Assembly (NCBI GenBank): GCA_041746255.1
Contig: JBGTHM010000097.1
Coordinates: forward strand, 14,083-78,082
Direction: 5' to 3'
Source: Fibrobacteria bacterium
Lineage (GTDB): Bacteria; Fibrobacterota; Fibrobacteria; UBA11236
DNA: 64,000 bases
The notes under the pieces are model-generated. The model made no database searches, had not been told where the DNA came from, and saw only the letters and a list, made by a program, of their open reading frames with translations. This document shows positions 18,463 to 28,513 of the stretch, piece by piece; positions within the stretch are counted from its first letter, which is position 1, and each line of letters begins with the position of its first letter. The translations under genes and the position numbers were made by a program.

Positions 18463-20691
18463 ATGGACCGAGGCTTATCGGCATCCTTGGGTCTACTGCT
18501 ATTTTGCGCGGCCACCGCTTCCAGCTCGGAAATCGATACCCTGACAGCCCGGCTGGTCGGGGTGTGGAGCTTGGAAGAGGCATCGTCCGCGGTATCCGAC
18601 TTATCCAGCCAAAAATCGGACGGAACCTGGCCCGATATCGATTATACCAACCGGGACCGTACCAATTGGATTGTCGCCTCCCATCTCTATCGGCTACGTA
18701 GTATGGCGACGGCCTTCAACCAGCCTACGCATCCGGCCTACGGGTCCGTGGCAATGAAGAACGGAGTGTTGAAGGGATTGGACGCCTGGTTTGCCAAATC
18801 CCCCTCCAGCCAGAATTGGTTCTGGAACGACATTGGGCCGCAAAACCAACTCGCTCCCATTCTGCTCATTATGAAGCCGTATCTAACGGCTCAGCAATTA
18901 AAGAACGGCGCCGAGATTTTCAAGTATAAAAGTGGGTGGACCGGGCAAAATAAAATCTGGTTCGCCGCTCAACTCGTCTACCGTGGCAGTCTCACAAATT
19001 CCCCTTCCGACGTGCAAGAGGGAGTGACCATTGTGGCGTCGGAAATCCAAGTATCCACCCAGGAAGGCATGCAACCGGAATTCAGCTTCCACCAGCACGG
19101 CCCTATGCCGTATAACGCCAACTACGGATTTTCTTTGCTGCTGACGGTTTCCCCGCTTATGCATGCTACTCATGGCCTATCCTTTGCATTTCCCCAAGCG
19201 AAGCAGGATATCCTTATTCGTTACGTACTCGAAGGCACGCAGTGGCTGTTTCGACGCGGAGATTGGGCCCTCGCCGTCCACGGACGGGAAATCTCACGGC
19301 CAGGCGCATCGACAACCATGGTGCTTTACGGCGCCGACAAGGCGTTGCAGGGCGCCCTACAGCAACTTCGACGGGTTGCCGGTAATCGTGGTGGAGAAAT
19401 AGAGGCATTCCTCAATCATATCAAGGGTGGTAACGACGGGGCGCTGGAAGGCAACAAACACTTCTGGCGATCGGATATCATGTCCCACAGGCGGAGTCCC
19501 TTTACCGCCTCGCTTCGTATGACTTCCACCACCACGGGTAGAACGGAATCTATCAATAGCGAAAATTTAAAAGGGGGATATTTTCCGTTCGGCTCCCTGT
19601 TCCTTCAGAGACGGGGAGATGAGTACCGGGACATTCGTCCCGTTTGGGACTGGTCTCGGATTCCCGGTGTCACCTCGCCGCATAAAAATGCTACACCTAA
19701 TGGAACCGTGCAAGGAAATACCCTTTTCGTGGGTGGAGTTTCGGATGGCCAATACGGCGTCGCCGCCATGGACTTGAACCATGACGGAGTGACCGGACAT
19801 AAAAGCTGGTTTTTCTTCGACCGGGAAATAGTCGCACTCGGTTCGGATATCGTAGGGACGGGAAATGATCCGGTATTCACTTCGGTCAATCAGACAGCCG
19901 CGCGAGGTGAAGCCTGGACCGGCTCATTCGCCGGTAATGGATCCGCCTTGGGAGCCCAGCCGGCACAGTTGTCCGGCAAAGCTTGGGTACACCATGACAG
20001 CACGGGATATCTTTTCTGGGATGCCGAAGCCGTTACAGTTCAAAATGCGAAGCAAACGGGAAGTTGGTCCTTAATCAATGCGAATTATTCCTCAACGAAG
20101 GAAACCCGGGATGTTGTCAGCCTTTGGTTTAATCATGGGGTGAAGCCGAATAAGAAATCTTATGCTTACGCTCTGCTGCCCGGTTTTTCCCGTGAAGAAG
20201 TAAAAGTCTACAGCGCATCACCCAAGGTGGAGGTGGTCTCGAATACAGCGGCGCTCCAAGCCGTTCGGAATAACGATGCAGGAATCACCGGGATTGCATT
20301 TTTCGCAGCCGGAACGGTAGATGTAAACTCTGATATGCGCATTCGGGTGAGCGCGCCTTGCCTGGCATTGGCCAAATTCCAGGCCGGGAAAGTGGAGTTG
20401 ACCTTGTCGAACCCTAAGAAAACCGCTTTGTCGGTAAAGGCCGACCTTCTGTCCGGAACCCAAACCGTGGCTTCCTTGACCTTCGCATTACCCGGAGATG
20501 CAGCTAATGGGGGGAAAAGCACAACTCAGACCTTCGCATACACGGTATCCGCATTGTCCCCCTATCCCAGCGCCGCCCCGTGGCTTAACCAAAACCACGG
20601 AAGGATGCCCAGCCCTGTTTGGAGGGGGTCCTGCGGCTCAGGTTCCGCACTACCCTGCATCTATACCACGGATGGAAAACGGCTGCCCTAG
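18463..20691 (+). CDS. Polysaccharide lyase family 8-like enzyme (chondroitin AC/hyaluronate/xanthan lyase fold)
   Basis: The signal peptide begins at ATG 18463 (MDRGLSASLGLLLFCAATASS). WPDIDYTNRDRTNW, NWFWNDIGPQNQLAPILL, GQNKIWFAAQLVYRG and MQPEFSFHQHGPMPYNANYG resemble the PL8 alpha-toroid and catalytic region. Confidence 0.7.
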   Translation: MDRGLSASLGLLLFCAATASSSEIDTLTARLVGVWSLEEASSAVSDLSSQKSDGTWPDIDYTNRDRTNWIVASHLYRLRSMATAFNQPTHPAYGSVAMKNGVLKGLDAWFAKSPSSQNWFWNDIGPQNQLAPILLIMKPYLTAQQLKNGAEIFKYKSGWTGQNKIWFAAQLVYRGSLTNSPSDVQEGVTIVASEIQVSTQEGMQPEFSFHQHGPMPYNANYGFSLLLTVSPLMHATHGLSFAFPQAKQDILIRYVLEGTQWLFRRGDWALAVHGREISRPGASTTMVLYGADKALQGALQQLRRVAGNRGGEIEAFLNHIKGGNDGALEGNKHFWRSDIMSHRRSPFTASLRMTSTTTGRTESINSENLKGGYFPFGSLFLQRRGDEYRDIRPVWDWSRIPGVTSPHKNATPNGTVQGNTLFVGGVSDGQYGVAAMDLNHDGVTGHKSWFFFDREIVALGSDIVGTGNDPVFTSVNQTAARGEAWTGSFAGNGSALGAQPAQLSGKAWVHHDSTGYLFWDAEAVTVQNAKQTGSWSLINANYSSTKETRDVVSLWFNHGVKPNKKSYAYALLPGFSREEVKVYSASPKVEVVSNTAALQAVRNNDAGITGIAFFAAGTVDVNSDMRIRVSAPCLALAKFQAGKVELTLSNPKKTALSVKADLLSGTQTVASLTFALPGDAANGGKSTTQTFAYTVSALSPYPSAAPWLNQNHGRMPSPVWRGSCGSGSALPCIYTTDGKRLP

Positions 20692-20721
20692 GGTCTGGAA
20701 ACCGCTTGGGTAATCCTCGGG

Positions 20722-22119
20722 TTACCGTACCACCAATTGCGATTGGCCGCTCGATTTCAGGAGATAGAGGCCTTTAGCCTGGCTCGAAAGGTCGATAACG
20801 GATCCTCGCCCTTCCAGAATGGGTTTACCGGATACCGAATACACTCGCCAGTTTCCCGGGACCTCAAGGTGGATGACTCCCTCCACTCGCTGCGGCGTCA
20901 GCCGAAGGCCGCGCTGTTGGGATACCGCCGAGGGGTCCTGTCCGGATACTCTGTGATATTCATTGATGCGCTTATCCGATATTTTGAAATCGTCGAACCA
21001 GGCATGGATATCCTCGGTGGGCTCATATTCCGTGGACGAGCCGCCTAAAAAGGCGGAGACCAAGAGGTTGTTGATGGTCATCTCCTTGGATGACCCCTGC
21101 GGCAACCAGAAACCGAAATTCTCGGAATTGGTCCTCCTATGGCCCTTGCCTCCATCCACCCAACCTTCAAAAATCCCGTCCTTATTTCCGGGCGTCTCGA
21201 ATTTGTAATACAATTCGATGTTATGCCATTTTCCGGTAGTAAGGTAGGGTGTAAAAGTCCTTTCGCACAGCGACGGTTTATGCACCAGCTTCTCTCCCCA
21301 AAACCTTTCCGCGTCTTCCGCAAAGGATTGATCGGCATTTATGGTTTCCGGATAAAACTGAATGCTGCCCCCCACTCGCCACATGATCCGGCCTTTCCAT
21401 CGGCTTTCGTCGGCAGGGTAGTCTCCTCCCAGGCTCGGCAGCTTTCCGCCGCATTTGTCGAACTGAAAATTATCGCTGAACTTGACCCAATAGGACAAAA
21501 AAAGCTCCTTCGCTTTGAAAGGATTATCCTTATAGGTCCCTTGAATCGGAATACGCGTGTCGACCCCGGACCCCGAGGATTTCAACTCACCTTTTGGAAA
21601 TCTCACCTTCAAGGAGGATCCGACTCCATCGACGCTTTCATTCGGGTCTATGGAAGCTCGATTCGTGGCGTCGGTAGGGTTTACCCTGTCGTCCGCGAAG
21701 CCCGCACCATGCGCGACATGCAAATCCGCTTTCAACTCGTCGGCCGTATAGTTTTTTCCCGGCCTCAGCGCGTCGAAGTTCAAGTGAAACACGCAAGAAT
21801 CGAGCACCGGATCTTTTTCCAAAGTTATATCCACTTGACCGGAGCCCACGTTCACGTTTCTTTTCGAGGCATAGCCCATCGCCGCGGCGACGAGAGTAGT
21901 GGCGCCCCCTCCTTCCAGCGAATAGGAGCCGTTCGCGGCCGACTTGGCGAATTTCGAAGGATCCGCTGCAACGGTAATCAGGGCATTGGCGATGGCCGTA
22001 CCTTGGGAGTTTTTTACCACTCCCGTAATTGTCTGGGCCGAAACCGGACAGCATACCGCCAAGGCAACGACAATCAGAAGCGCGGGAACTGAAGTTTTTG
22101 CACGGTAATTCATTTTCAC
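20722..22119 (-). CDS. Secreted PL14-like polysaccharide lyase with an N-terminal CarboxypepD_reg-like domain and a T9SS CTD
   Basis: Signal peptide (ALAVCCPVSAQ). ITGVVKNSQGTAIANALITV. LKVRFPKGELKSSG...LFLSYWVKFSDNFQFDKCGGKLPSLGG...WKGRIMWRVGGSIQFYPE parallels the 35564..36604 protein. C-terminal VIHLEVPGNWRVYSVSGKPILEGRGSVIDLSSQAKGLYLLK. Confidence 0.7.
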   Translation of the reverse strand: MKMNYRAKTSVPALLIVVALAVCCPVSAQTITGVVKNSQGTAIANALITVAADPSKFAKSAANGSYSLEGGGATTLVAAAMGYASKRNVNVGSGQVDITLEKDPVLDSCVFHLNFDALRPGKNYTADELKADLHVAHGAGFADDRVNPTDATNRASIDPNESVDGVGSSLKVRFPKGELKSSGSGVDTRIPIQGTYKDNPFKAKELFLSYWVKFSDNFQFDKCGGKLPSLGGDYPADESRWKGRIMWRVGGSIQFYPETINADQSFAEDAERFWGEKLVHKPSLCERTFTPYLTTGKWHNIELYYKFETPGNKDGIFEGWVDGGKGHRRTNSENFGFWLPQGSSKEMTINNLLVSAFLGGSSTEYEPTEDIHAWFDDFKISDKRINEYHRVSGQDPSAVSQQRGLRLTPQRVEGVIHLEVPGNWRVYSVSGKPILEGRGSVIDLSSQAKGLYLLKSSGQSQLVVR

Positions 22120-22279
22120 CCCAACGGCTTAAAAACACGGGCCAGCCTAGGTTATTTAATATAGGGAGTAATGGAGAACCCCACAGCCAATAGCCGCACA
22201 GCCTTCGAATAGTATGGGGTGGTAAGGCTTAAAGGCAATCCGACTTATTTAGTTTTTTGTGTCGAACCCTATCGCCCGA

Positions 22280-22855
22280 TTAATCGCCAGGTTCCAGTAC
22301 GGAAATATTCCGGAATTCGGCGGTATCATCGAACGACCCGATGCCGACCAAACCGTTCCGCAGAGAGATATCGACTGCATCCAGGGCTGAATTTTCCGCA
22401 TCGTCCATAAAAACCCGGATACGGCCCGATTCGCCTTCGCGGTTCAGCCTTACGCGATGCCAATTCCGATCCGTGAGGGTGGGGTCGCCATTCCCAGCGT
22501 CGATACGACGGCGATCGGCTTCATTTACGATAAAGATGCCGTTATGCACCGCATCGGTGACGCCGGAGAGGTGGGCATAATAAAATCGCGAGGGAGATTG
22601 ATACCCGAAGACCAGGACGATGTCCGCGCGATTGAGACCCGGATCCATGGTGGATCGGAATTCCAGGCTGATTTCGAAATCGGTCTTTTCCAGTCCTGCC
22701 AGCAATGCCAAGGCTGCCGGCCGCCGTATGGGTCCACCCGGCTTGCCAGCCTGATAGAGCACAAGCTTGTTTTCGTTCAATTCCCATTTGCCGTTGCCGT
22801 CGAGGATCCAGTCTCGGGTGATTTCCCCCGATAGCTCAGGACATTGTATTCTCAC
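22280..22855 (-). CDS. DUF1080 / 3-keto-disaccharide-hydrolase-like (LamG-fold) protein
   Basis: WELNENKLVLYQAG...DFEISLEFRS...HNGIFIVN...WHRVRLNREGESGRIRVFMDD. Start proposed at GTG 22855, which overlaps the EamA stop (GTGA). The ORF track extends to 22924. Confidence 0.6.
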   Translation of the reverse strand: MRIQCPELSGEITRDWILDGNGKWELNENKLVLYQAGKPGGPIRRPAALALLAGLEKTDFEISLEFRSTMDPGLNRADIVLVFGYQSPSRFYYAHLSGVTDAVHNGIFIVNEADRRRIDAGNGDPTLTDRNWHRVRLNREGESGRIRVFMDDAENSALDAVDISLRNGLVGIGSFDDTAEFRNISVLEPGD

Positions 22856-23760
22856 GATCCCCCCAAAGTTAGCGCCGCCAAGCCGGCCAGCATCACGGTA
22901 GCACCGGCGAAACGGGTTCGCCATTGCGTCTCCTGGAAAAACAGGCCGCCGAAAACGACGCTGAAAAGAATGGAGCAGCGCTTGAGCGCCACCACGTAGG
23001 GCGCCGGCCCGGATTGCAGGGCATAGGTTTGGGCTACATAGGCCAGGGAACCCAATAACCCAATCAACAGGAGAGCCGGTAACGAACGGAACCAGAGTTG
23101 TTTATGCGCCGAGAAATGCTCCGAGCGGGTTACGGCCTGGTTGGATAATCCCGCGCGCCACCACACCCAGGGAATCAGCGCCAGCCCGACCGCCAGGTTC
23201 ATGGAAAAGCACCAGAACGCGGGTGAGCTGGCTTGAGTGCCCAACTTATCGTAATTGCTGGAGACGCTCCAGAGTAAGGCGATAGCGAGCATATAGCGCG
23301 AACCCATATTCTGCCAAGGAGAAATCAATAGGCTCCACCAACCTTTGCGCCAGGAACTGAGGTCCAGCGCATAGGTTCCGCAAGTAATCAGAATCACCCC
23401 CAGAAGCCCCCATCCCGATATCCGATCGCCGACCATAACCGGAGAAGTGACGAGCATGAAGACGGGAGTGAACGCCAGCAGCGGCATCACCTGGGATAGC
23501 GGAGCGATTTGCAGGGCGCGCAGATAAAGCAAAGTAGTGATGAAATTGATGCCGCCGCCTAAGGCCAGAGCCGACCAAAAACCGGAGTGCAAAACCGGAG
23601 CCCCTTCCCACAGAACCAAGGGTAACAGCCAGAATACTCCGAGGAGACGGTTGCCTACGCCGACCACACCTATGTCCAGCGACTGTAACGACTTTTTACT
23701 GGTCGAATCCTTCAGGGCCGTGAACAAAGCCGCCCCCAGGGAAGGTAATATCCAGCCCAA
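22852..23760 (-). CDS. EamA-family (DMT superfamily) transporter
   Basis: About 10 hydrophobic segments in a two-fold repeat, 302 aa, with DMT-like composition. Confidence 0.7.
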   Translation of the reverse strand: MGWILPSLGAALFTALKDSTSKKSLQSLDIGVVGVGNRLLGVFWLLPLVLWEGAPVLHSGFWSALALGGGINFITTLLYLRALQIAPLSQVMPLLAFTPVFMLVTSPVMVGDRISGWGLLGVILITCGTYALDLSSWRKGWWSLLISPWQNMGSRYMLAIALLWSVSSNYDKLGTQASSPAFWCFSMNLAVGLALIPWVWWRAGLSNQAVTRSEHFSAHKQLWFRSLPALLLIGLLGSLAYVAQTYALQSGPAPYVVALKRCSILFSVVFGGLFFQETQWRTRFAGATVMLAGLAALTLGGS

Positions 23761-23784
23761 TTCAATCCATCCCGGTCATGGCCT

Positions 23785-24714
23785 TCAAGGCGAGCAAATT
23801 CCCAACGCGGTGTAGAATTCCGCCATGAGTTTATGCACATAGACACCGGAGTATTTTCCGTCGAAGAAGCGCGGAGCGGCTTCCTCCTTGAGCCTTTCCC
23901 ATGAGGCCTGTTCGCGACCGGGGATGATGGGATAAAAAAGCGCGCCGCAATTCCGGGCGGCTTCCAAATCACCCGGCGCGTCGCCGATGAGGAGGGTTTT
24001 TTCGCGGGTAAACCCCCGGTCCATGGCGACCTTGAGTTGATGGGACTTGGTTCCGAATTCTTGGCCGGCCATAGCGTCCAGAAAAATATGGAGTCCCGTG
24101 CGATTCCATTCTTCCTGTAAAGCTTCGGTAGACGCTTGGGAAATTACCACGACATCCGCCTGCGACCTTAAAAATTCCAGGCCTTCCGCCACGCCACCAA
24201 AGGGCTCTATACCTCCGGAATGTTCCCGGGACAGCCGATTGACTTCCGTCGACCAGTCCAAGGCGAACTTAAGCGGCGCAATCTCTTTACCCCTTGCATC
24301 GGAATCGAAATCCGGATTTTGCAACCAGGCTTTCAATCCGTCCGCGCTCAAGGAGCCGCCCGAGGCCATCCACCTTTCCAGGGGAGCTGAATCCAACTGA
24401 GGGTAACTTTCAAGGTTTACCCCGGGAGATTTTTGCAACTCCGCGAAGACCAGAGCCAGGGCGCGAAAGCGATTTGATCCGCGCGAGGGCGAAAACAGAT
24501 TGACGGATTCCCAAACCCGGGAGGCTTCCGAGAGGATGGGAGAAAGGTTGTAAACGGAAAGCAGGGCCGGGAAAAAACAGCGGCGATGCTTGAGGTTCAT
24601 GCTGTCCAGAGCGCTGCCATCGGAATCGACACCGATCAGGAATTCCCGCGTAGAGCGGAAATCGTTAAGTGAGGGGACGCGAACCGGCGATTGAGTCACT
24701 GCGGCGTCAGACAC
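23785..24714 (-). CDS. HAD-superfamily hydrolase with a large cap insertion
   Basis: Motif I GVDSDGSALDS and motif IV LLIGDAPGDLEAARNCGA. Overlaps the upstream gene by 19 nt. Confidence 0.6.
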   Translation of the reverse strand: MSDAAVTQSPVRVPSLNDFRSTREFLIGVDSDGSALDSMNLKHRRCFFPALLSVYNLSPILSEASRVWESVNLFSPSRGSNRFRALALVFAELQKSPGVNLESYPQLDSAPLERWMASGGSLSADGLKAWLQNPDFDSDARGKEIAPLKFALDWSTEVNRLSREHSGGIEPFGGVAEGLEFLRSQADVVVISQASTEALQEEWNRTGLHIFLDAMAGQEFGTKSHQLKVAMDRGFTREKTLLIGDAPGDLEAARNCGALFYPIIPGREQASWERLKEEAAPRFFDGKYSGVYVHKLMAEFYTALGICSP

Positions 24715-26720
24715 AGGGCTTCCTCCTTGACGCTAACGGTAAGCCCCTTGCCATTCCATCGCGCCAGGGTCGTGGCGGAGTCCAATTCCCGGTCTTCGAA
24801 TTGGATGGGTAGACCGCCTTCTCCGAGGCGAACAAATACCTTTTCGCCGTCGGCGAAGAGGAGCGATACCGATTCTTCATCCACCCGTAATTCCGAAACG
24901 AGTGCATCCAACTCCTCGATACCCGTGGTTCGCGTACGCCCACAAACCTGAGCCACCAATACCTTGGTTTCGCCGGCACGGCAGTTTGCGACGAACTCAG
25001 GCACCGCGCTGCGGGCATAGCGCACGTTCTGGCCATGCAATTGTCCCTGCGACTCGCGGCATTCTCCGGAAACATAGCCATGCAAGGCGCGGAAATAGGA
25101 AACCCGTTCACCGTGACGGGCCGCTATGGAACCGCGGCCACGATGGACTTCCGCCGCATCGCCCATTGCGAAACCCAGGGGATATCCGCCTTCGCGGAGT
25201 TTCATATCAACGGTACTGTTAAGGCGATGGATGAGGATTAATTGATCCCCCTTGGGGATGATCCAAGTACGCCCTTCCCCTTTGGGGTCGGCGATATGCA
25301 GCGGGTAACGCGAAATGGAAGCGCCGTTGTCGCAGTAAAGCAAATCCATTTTCCAGCGCTGATAATACTGGATTCCGTCGGAAGAGAATTGCAGGATATT
25401 GTCGCAATTGTACGAGCCATGCACCTTGCCCGCCTCGTAGGAAAATTCCGAAGAATAAGCGAACTTGGTATACTTGGCGTTATAGTCGGCATCGTTGTGA
25501 TATGACTTTTGGGATATGAGCTGAACATGCCCGGACTTATTATCACCGATTAAGGTAAGACCGGCCTCCGGCACGCTGCGGCAGAAATCGCCTTTGTGGA
25601 TCGGTAGCGGAGCCTCAACCGCCTGCCATAGCGAATCGTTTTCGGGCAGCATGAGAATGTTGAAAGCCTTACCGGCCCAATAGGGAGAGCCGCCGCAGGA
25701 ATAATGTTCCAGAATGTCCTGGCAAGGGCCCACGAATCCCAAGCTTAAATGTCCCGAATCGGTAAGGATGTCGCGATCGAAAAACCACTTCGCACCCAGA
25801 TTGTACATCGTCTTGGCTTCGCCTGCCGAAACCCCGATGCATCCCAATTCCTGGGCCAATGCGAACGGCGCTAAATAGGCGAAGCGGTAAATCATGGAGC
25901 GGCCGAAGCAGGGCGCGGCGCCGTCGGCGGCGAAGAAATAGCGAAAATCCTGCGCGAATTCCACGAACCGCTGTTGCACGGTTGCGGAAAATTCCGGCTT
26001 TTCTTTTCCGTCCAGCACGGCCCACATGAGAAAGTAATAGTGGAAGGCCCAGGCATTGTAATAATCGATGCGGTTCAAATTGCCGTCCCGGTACCATCCG
26101 CGTCCCATATACATGGCGTCGCAAACTTCCAGATGGGTGTCGATTTGGCTTTGCACATGCGGCATACCCAGTCGCTTCAACACCGAATTGACAATGACGT
26201 TGAACAGCAGCCAATTATTGTTGTGATATTTTACCTGAGTACACTGGAATAAGTAATCCGCCACTTGTTTTTGTTCGGCGGAGGAATAACGTTCCCAGAT
26301 TTTTTCGCGCGACTGCCACAGCGACCATGCCAACGAAGCGCATTCCACGAGATGCTGGGCGTGATCGACGATGTCGCCCCAATACTCGGGATGCCGCGGA
26401 TCAGTGCCGTTCAGGATGCCTTCGCTATAAAAACCCGCCACATCGACGCTACGTCCCTTCCACTGGAACGTTCCCGCCTCGCTGCGGGAAAGCCAGGGTC
26501 CGGCCATAATGAAGGAACGGGTGAACCCCTCCATTTCATCCGCTTGTCGACCATGGTGGCTGCGGGGCCCTTCGATGACTTGGCGCGCCTTTCCCGGGGA
26601 GGCGCCATCCAGAATCGGCAGGAATAGTTGAAAGAACGCTTCCTCCCAATGCCTGCGCGTGAAGCCGCTCAGAGGCGAGGATTTTTCATCCTGCTCCGCG
26701 AGAAATTGCAGACGTTTCAT
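24696..26720 (-). CDS. DUF2264-domain protein (six-hairpin glycosidase-like, function unknown)
   Basis: SPLSGFTRRHWEEAFFQLF...ADEMEGFTRSFIMAGPWL matches the DUF2264 N-terminal signature. Start placed at ATG 26720, which overlaps the GH3 stop (ATGA at 26717-26720). The ORF track extends to 26804. Confidence 0.7.
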   Translation of the reverse strand: MKRLQFLAEQDEKSSPLSGFTRRHWEEAFFQLFLPILDGASPGKARQVIEGPRSHHGRQADEMEGFTRSFIMAGPWLSRSEAGTFQWKGRSVDVAGFYSEGILNGTDPRHPEYWGDIVDHAQHLVECASLAWSLWQSREKIWERYSSAEQKQVADYLFQCTQVKYHNNNWLLFNVIVNSVLKRLGMPHVQSQIDTHLEVCDAMYMGRGWYRDGNLNRIDYYNAWAFHYYFLMWAVLDGKEKPEFSATVQQRFVEFAQDFRYFFAADGAAPCFGRSMIYRFAYLAPFALAQELGCIGVSAGEAKTMYNLGAKWFFDRDILTDSGHLSLGFVGPCQDILEHYSCGGSPYWAGKAFNILMLPENDSLWQAVEAPLPIHKGDFCRSVPEAGLTLIGDNKSGHVQLISQKSYHNDADYNAKYTKFAYSSEFSYEAGKVHGSYNCDNILQFSSDGIQYYQRWKMDLLYCDNGASISRYPLHIADPKGEGRTWIIPKGDQLILIHRLNSTVDMKLREGGYPLGFAMGDAAEVHRGRGSIAARHGERVSYFRALHGYVSGECRESQGQLHGQNVRYARSAVPEFVANCRAGETKVLVAQVCGRTRTTGIEELDALVSELRVDEESVSLLFADGEKVFVRLGEGGLPIQFEDRELDSATTLARWNGKGLTVSVKEEALCLTPQ

Positions 26721-28513
26721 CGTGCAACCTCCGCGACCTGTGCCCGTTGGGTTTTCGCCTGCACGATGGGAAGGCGCAGGGGATTGTAGTTGCTGATAGG
26801 CCAACTGCCCTTGGGGTTTCGGGTTCCCAGCAATACGTCGCGCAACATGCGCAGGCCCTGCGGAGAGAGGTTCATATCGAGAACGATGCTCGGGGCTTCG
26901 GGAATCATACCGCCGAGACCCTGGATGCTATAAGGGGTATTCGTGATAAGCACCACGGGAAGCCCCTGTTCAATCAGCGCACGCGGATATTTCAGCGCCT
27001 TATGGGAGCGATCATAGAAATTGGTGCATAGGATAAGGTCATATTTATTCGCCTTCACCCAATTGAGAACCGTGGTTTCGTCCGCGTCGTTATGTCCGAA
27101 ATCCGTTTCCAACGTTTCCAGTTCCGGCCAACCCTCTTCCATGAGCTCTTGAAACATCGAAGGATGGTCGAACTTATCATTCGGGGTTTTGATGGAGTTT
27201 AACTGATTGATGAGTAAAACTTTTTTGCTGCGATTCAACGGCAAGGCTTTCAATTCGTCCTTGGCGATGAGAATGGCGTTTTGAGCCGCCTTTTCCGCGG
27301 TATCGACTACGAAGGAATCCCTGAAAGGCTCGGCGGCCTGGGCCGGGTTTACCTTCCCCATTTTTTCAAACAGACCGTAGTCGTATTTGAGAGAAAGAAT
27401 ACGCTCCACCTTGGCGTCGATTTCCGTTTCGGGAATACGGCCTTCTTTCACCCAGCGAGTGCACAATTCGAACATTTCGCCACGCCATTTGTTTTCGGCT
27501 TTCATCAAAATCACATCGGAGCCGGCCGCCAGAGAACGTGCGCACGCTTCGGCCGTGCCGAACTTATCGATCAAGGCGCCCATGGTCATGCTGTCCGTGG
27601 TGATCAGGCCTTTGAATCCCATTTCTTCGCGTAAAAGCCCCGTGATGATCTTGCGCGATACGCTGGAGATATTGTCCGGGTCAAGCTGCGGATAGATGCA
27701 ATGCGCGATCATGATGGAATCGACATCCGCCTCGATGAGACGCTTGTACGGAAGCAATTCGATATTTTCCAGGCGCGATCGGTCAACGTCGAGAGTCGGG
27801 CAGTCGTGATGCGCATCGACTGCGGAATCGCCACGACCGGGGAAATGTTTCGCCGCGGCTATCACGCCCTCCTCCTTGAATCCGCGCACCATGGCCTCCG
27901 CATACTCGGCCACTACTTCCGGATCATCACTGAAAGCACGGTTTCCTATTTCGGGATTTTGCGGATTGATATTAACATCAACCACCGGCGAGTGGATCAT
28001 ATCCAATCCGGCTGCCTTGAGTTGCCGGGCTACGGCGCGGGCCACGTCATAAGCGAGTTCTGGATCCCCTCCGGCTACCAATCCCATGGAAGAGGGAAAT
28101 TGCACCACTCCGCCGCGCGTATAATCCTTGCTTGCATCGCCTTCCTGATCCACCACCATGTGCAGCGGGATGGGAACGCGCCGATTGGCAGCCAATTCGC
28201 GGAGCCCGTTCAGCATTTCCGCATACTCTTCGGGGCTTAAATAGGGAGCCGGGCCTTGATGCGCCATTTTTTGCATGGATGGGATGAATCCCGGCCCCAT
28301 ATCAATGGACTTGGCCCGCGAATCGCTGAAATACCGGAAAATCCGCACGAAAGGAGACAGCCGGATGCCGCCGCAATGGTAGCGGGTTATCGCCTCGCGC
28401 AAATCGTTGGTAGGAACAGTGCCAGACATGCCGACCACGATACATTGACCCACTTTCTCTTCCAGGGTCATGGACCGGACCAAATTCTGCACAAATGTCT
28501 GCTTATCCTTCAT
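26717..28513 (-). CDS. Glycoside hydrolase family 3 (NagZ-like beta-hexosaminidase/beta-glucosidase), no signal peptide
   Basis: KHFPGRGDSAVDAHHDCPTLD and GLITTDSMTMGAL (GH3 nucleophile region). 598 aa with a C-terminal alpha/beta domain. Confidence 0.8.
   Translation of the reverse strand: MKDKQTFVQNLVRSMTLEEKVGQCIVVGMSGTVPTNDLREAITRYHCGGIRLSPFVRIFRYFSDSRAKSIDMGPGFIPSMQKMAHQGPAPYLSPEEYAEMLNGLRELAANRRVPIPLHMVVDQEGDASKDYTRGGVVQFPSSMGLVAGGDPELAYDVARAVARQLKAAGLDMIHSPVVDVNINPQNPEIGNRAFSDDPEVVAEYAEAMVRGFKEEGVIAAAKHFPGRGDSAVDAHHDCPTLDVDRSRLENIELLPYKRLIEADVDSIMIAHCIYPQLDPDNISSVSRKIITGLLREEMGFKGLITTDSMTMGALIDKFGTAEACARSLAAGSDVILMKAENKWRGEMFELCTRWVKEGRIPETEIDAKVERILSLKYDYGLFEKMGKVNPAQAAEPFRDSFVVDTAEKAAQNAILIAKDELKALPLNRSKKVLLINQLNSIKTPNDKFDHPSMFQELMEEGWPELETLETDFGHNDADETTVLNWVKANKYDLILCTNFYDRSHKALKYPRALIEQGLPVVLITNTPYSIQGLGGMIPEAPSIVLDMNLSPQGLRMLRDVLLGTRNPKGSWPISNYNPLRLPIVQAKTQRAQVAEVAR

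Noticed and set aside
21139-22092. A 317-aa ORF on the plus strand, antisense to the PL14-like gene. Similar long antisense ORFs occur at 61120..62046 (308 aa, opposite dxs), 13267..13980, 37128..37847, 12144..12680 and 25669..26214.
   Set aside because: The partner-strand ORFs carry clear family motifs, signal peptides or CTDs. The antisense translations are Arg/Gly/Pro-rich with no recognisable motifs, which is the expected artefact of stop-poor frames in GC-rich coding DNA.
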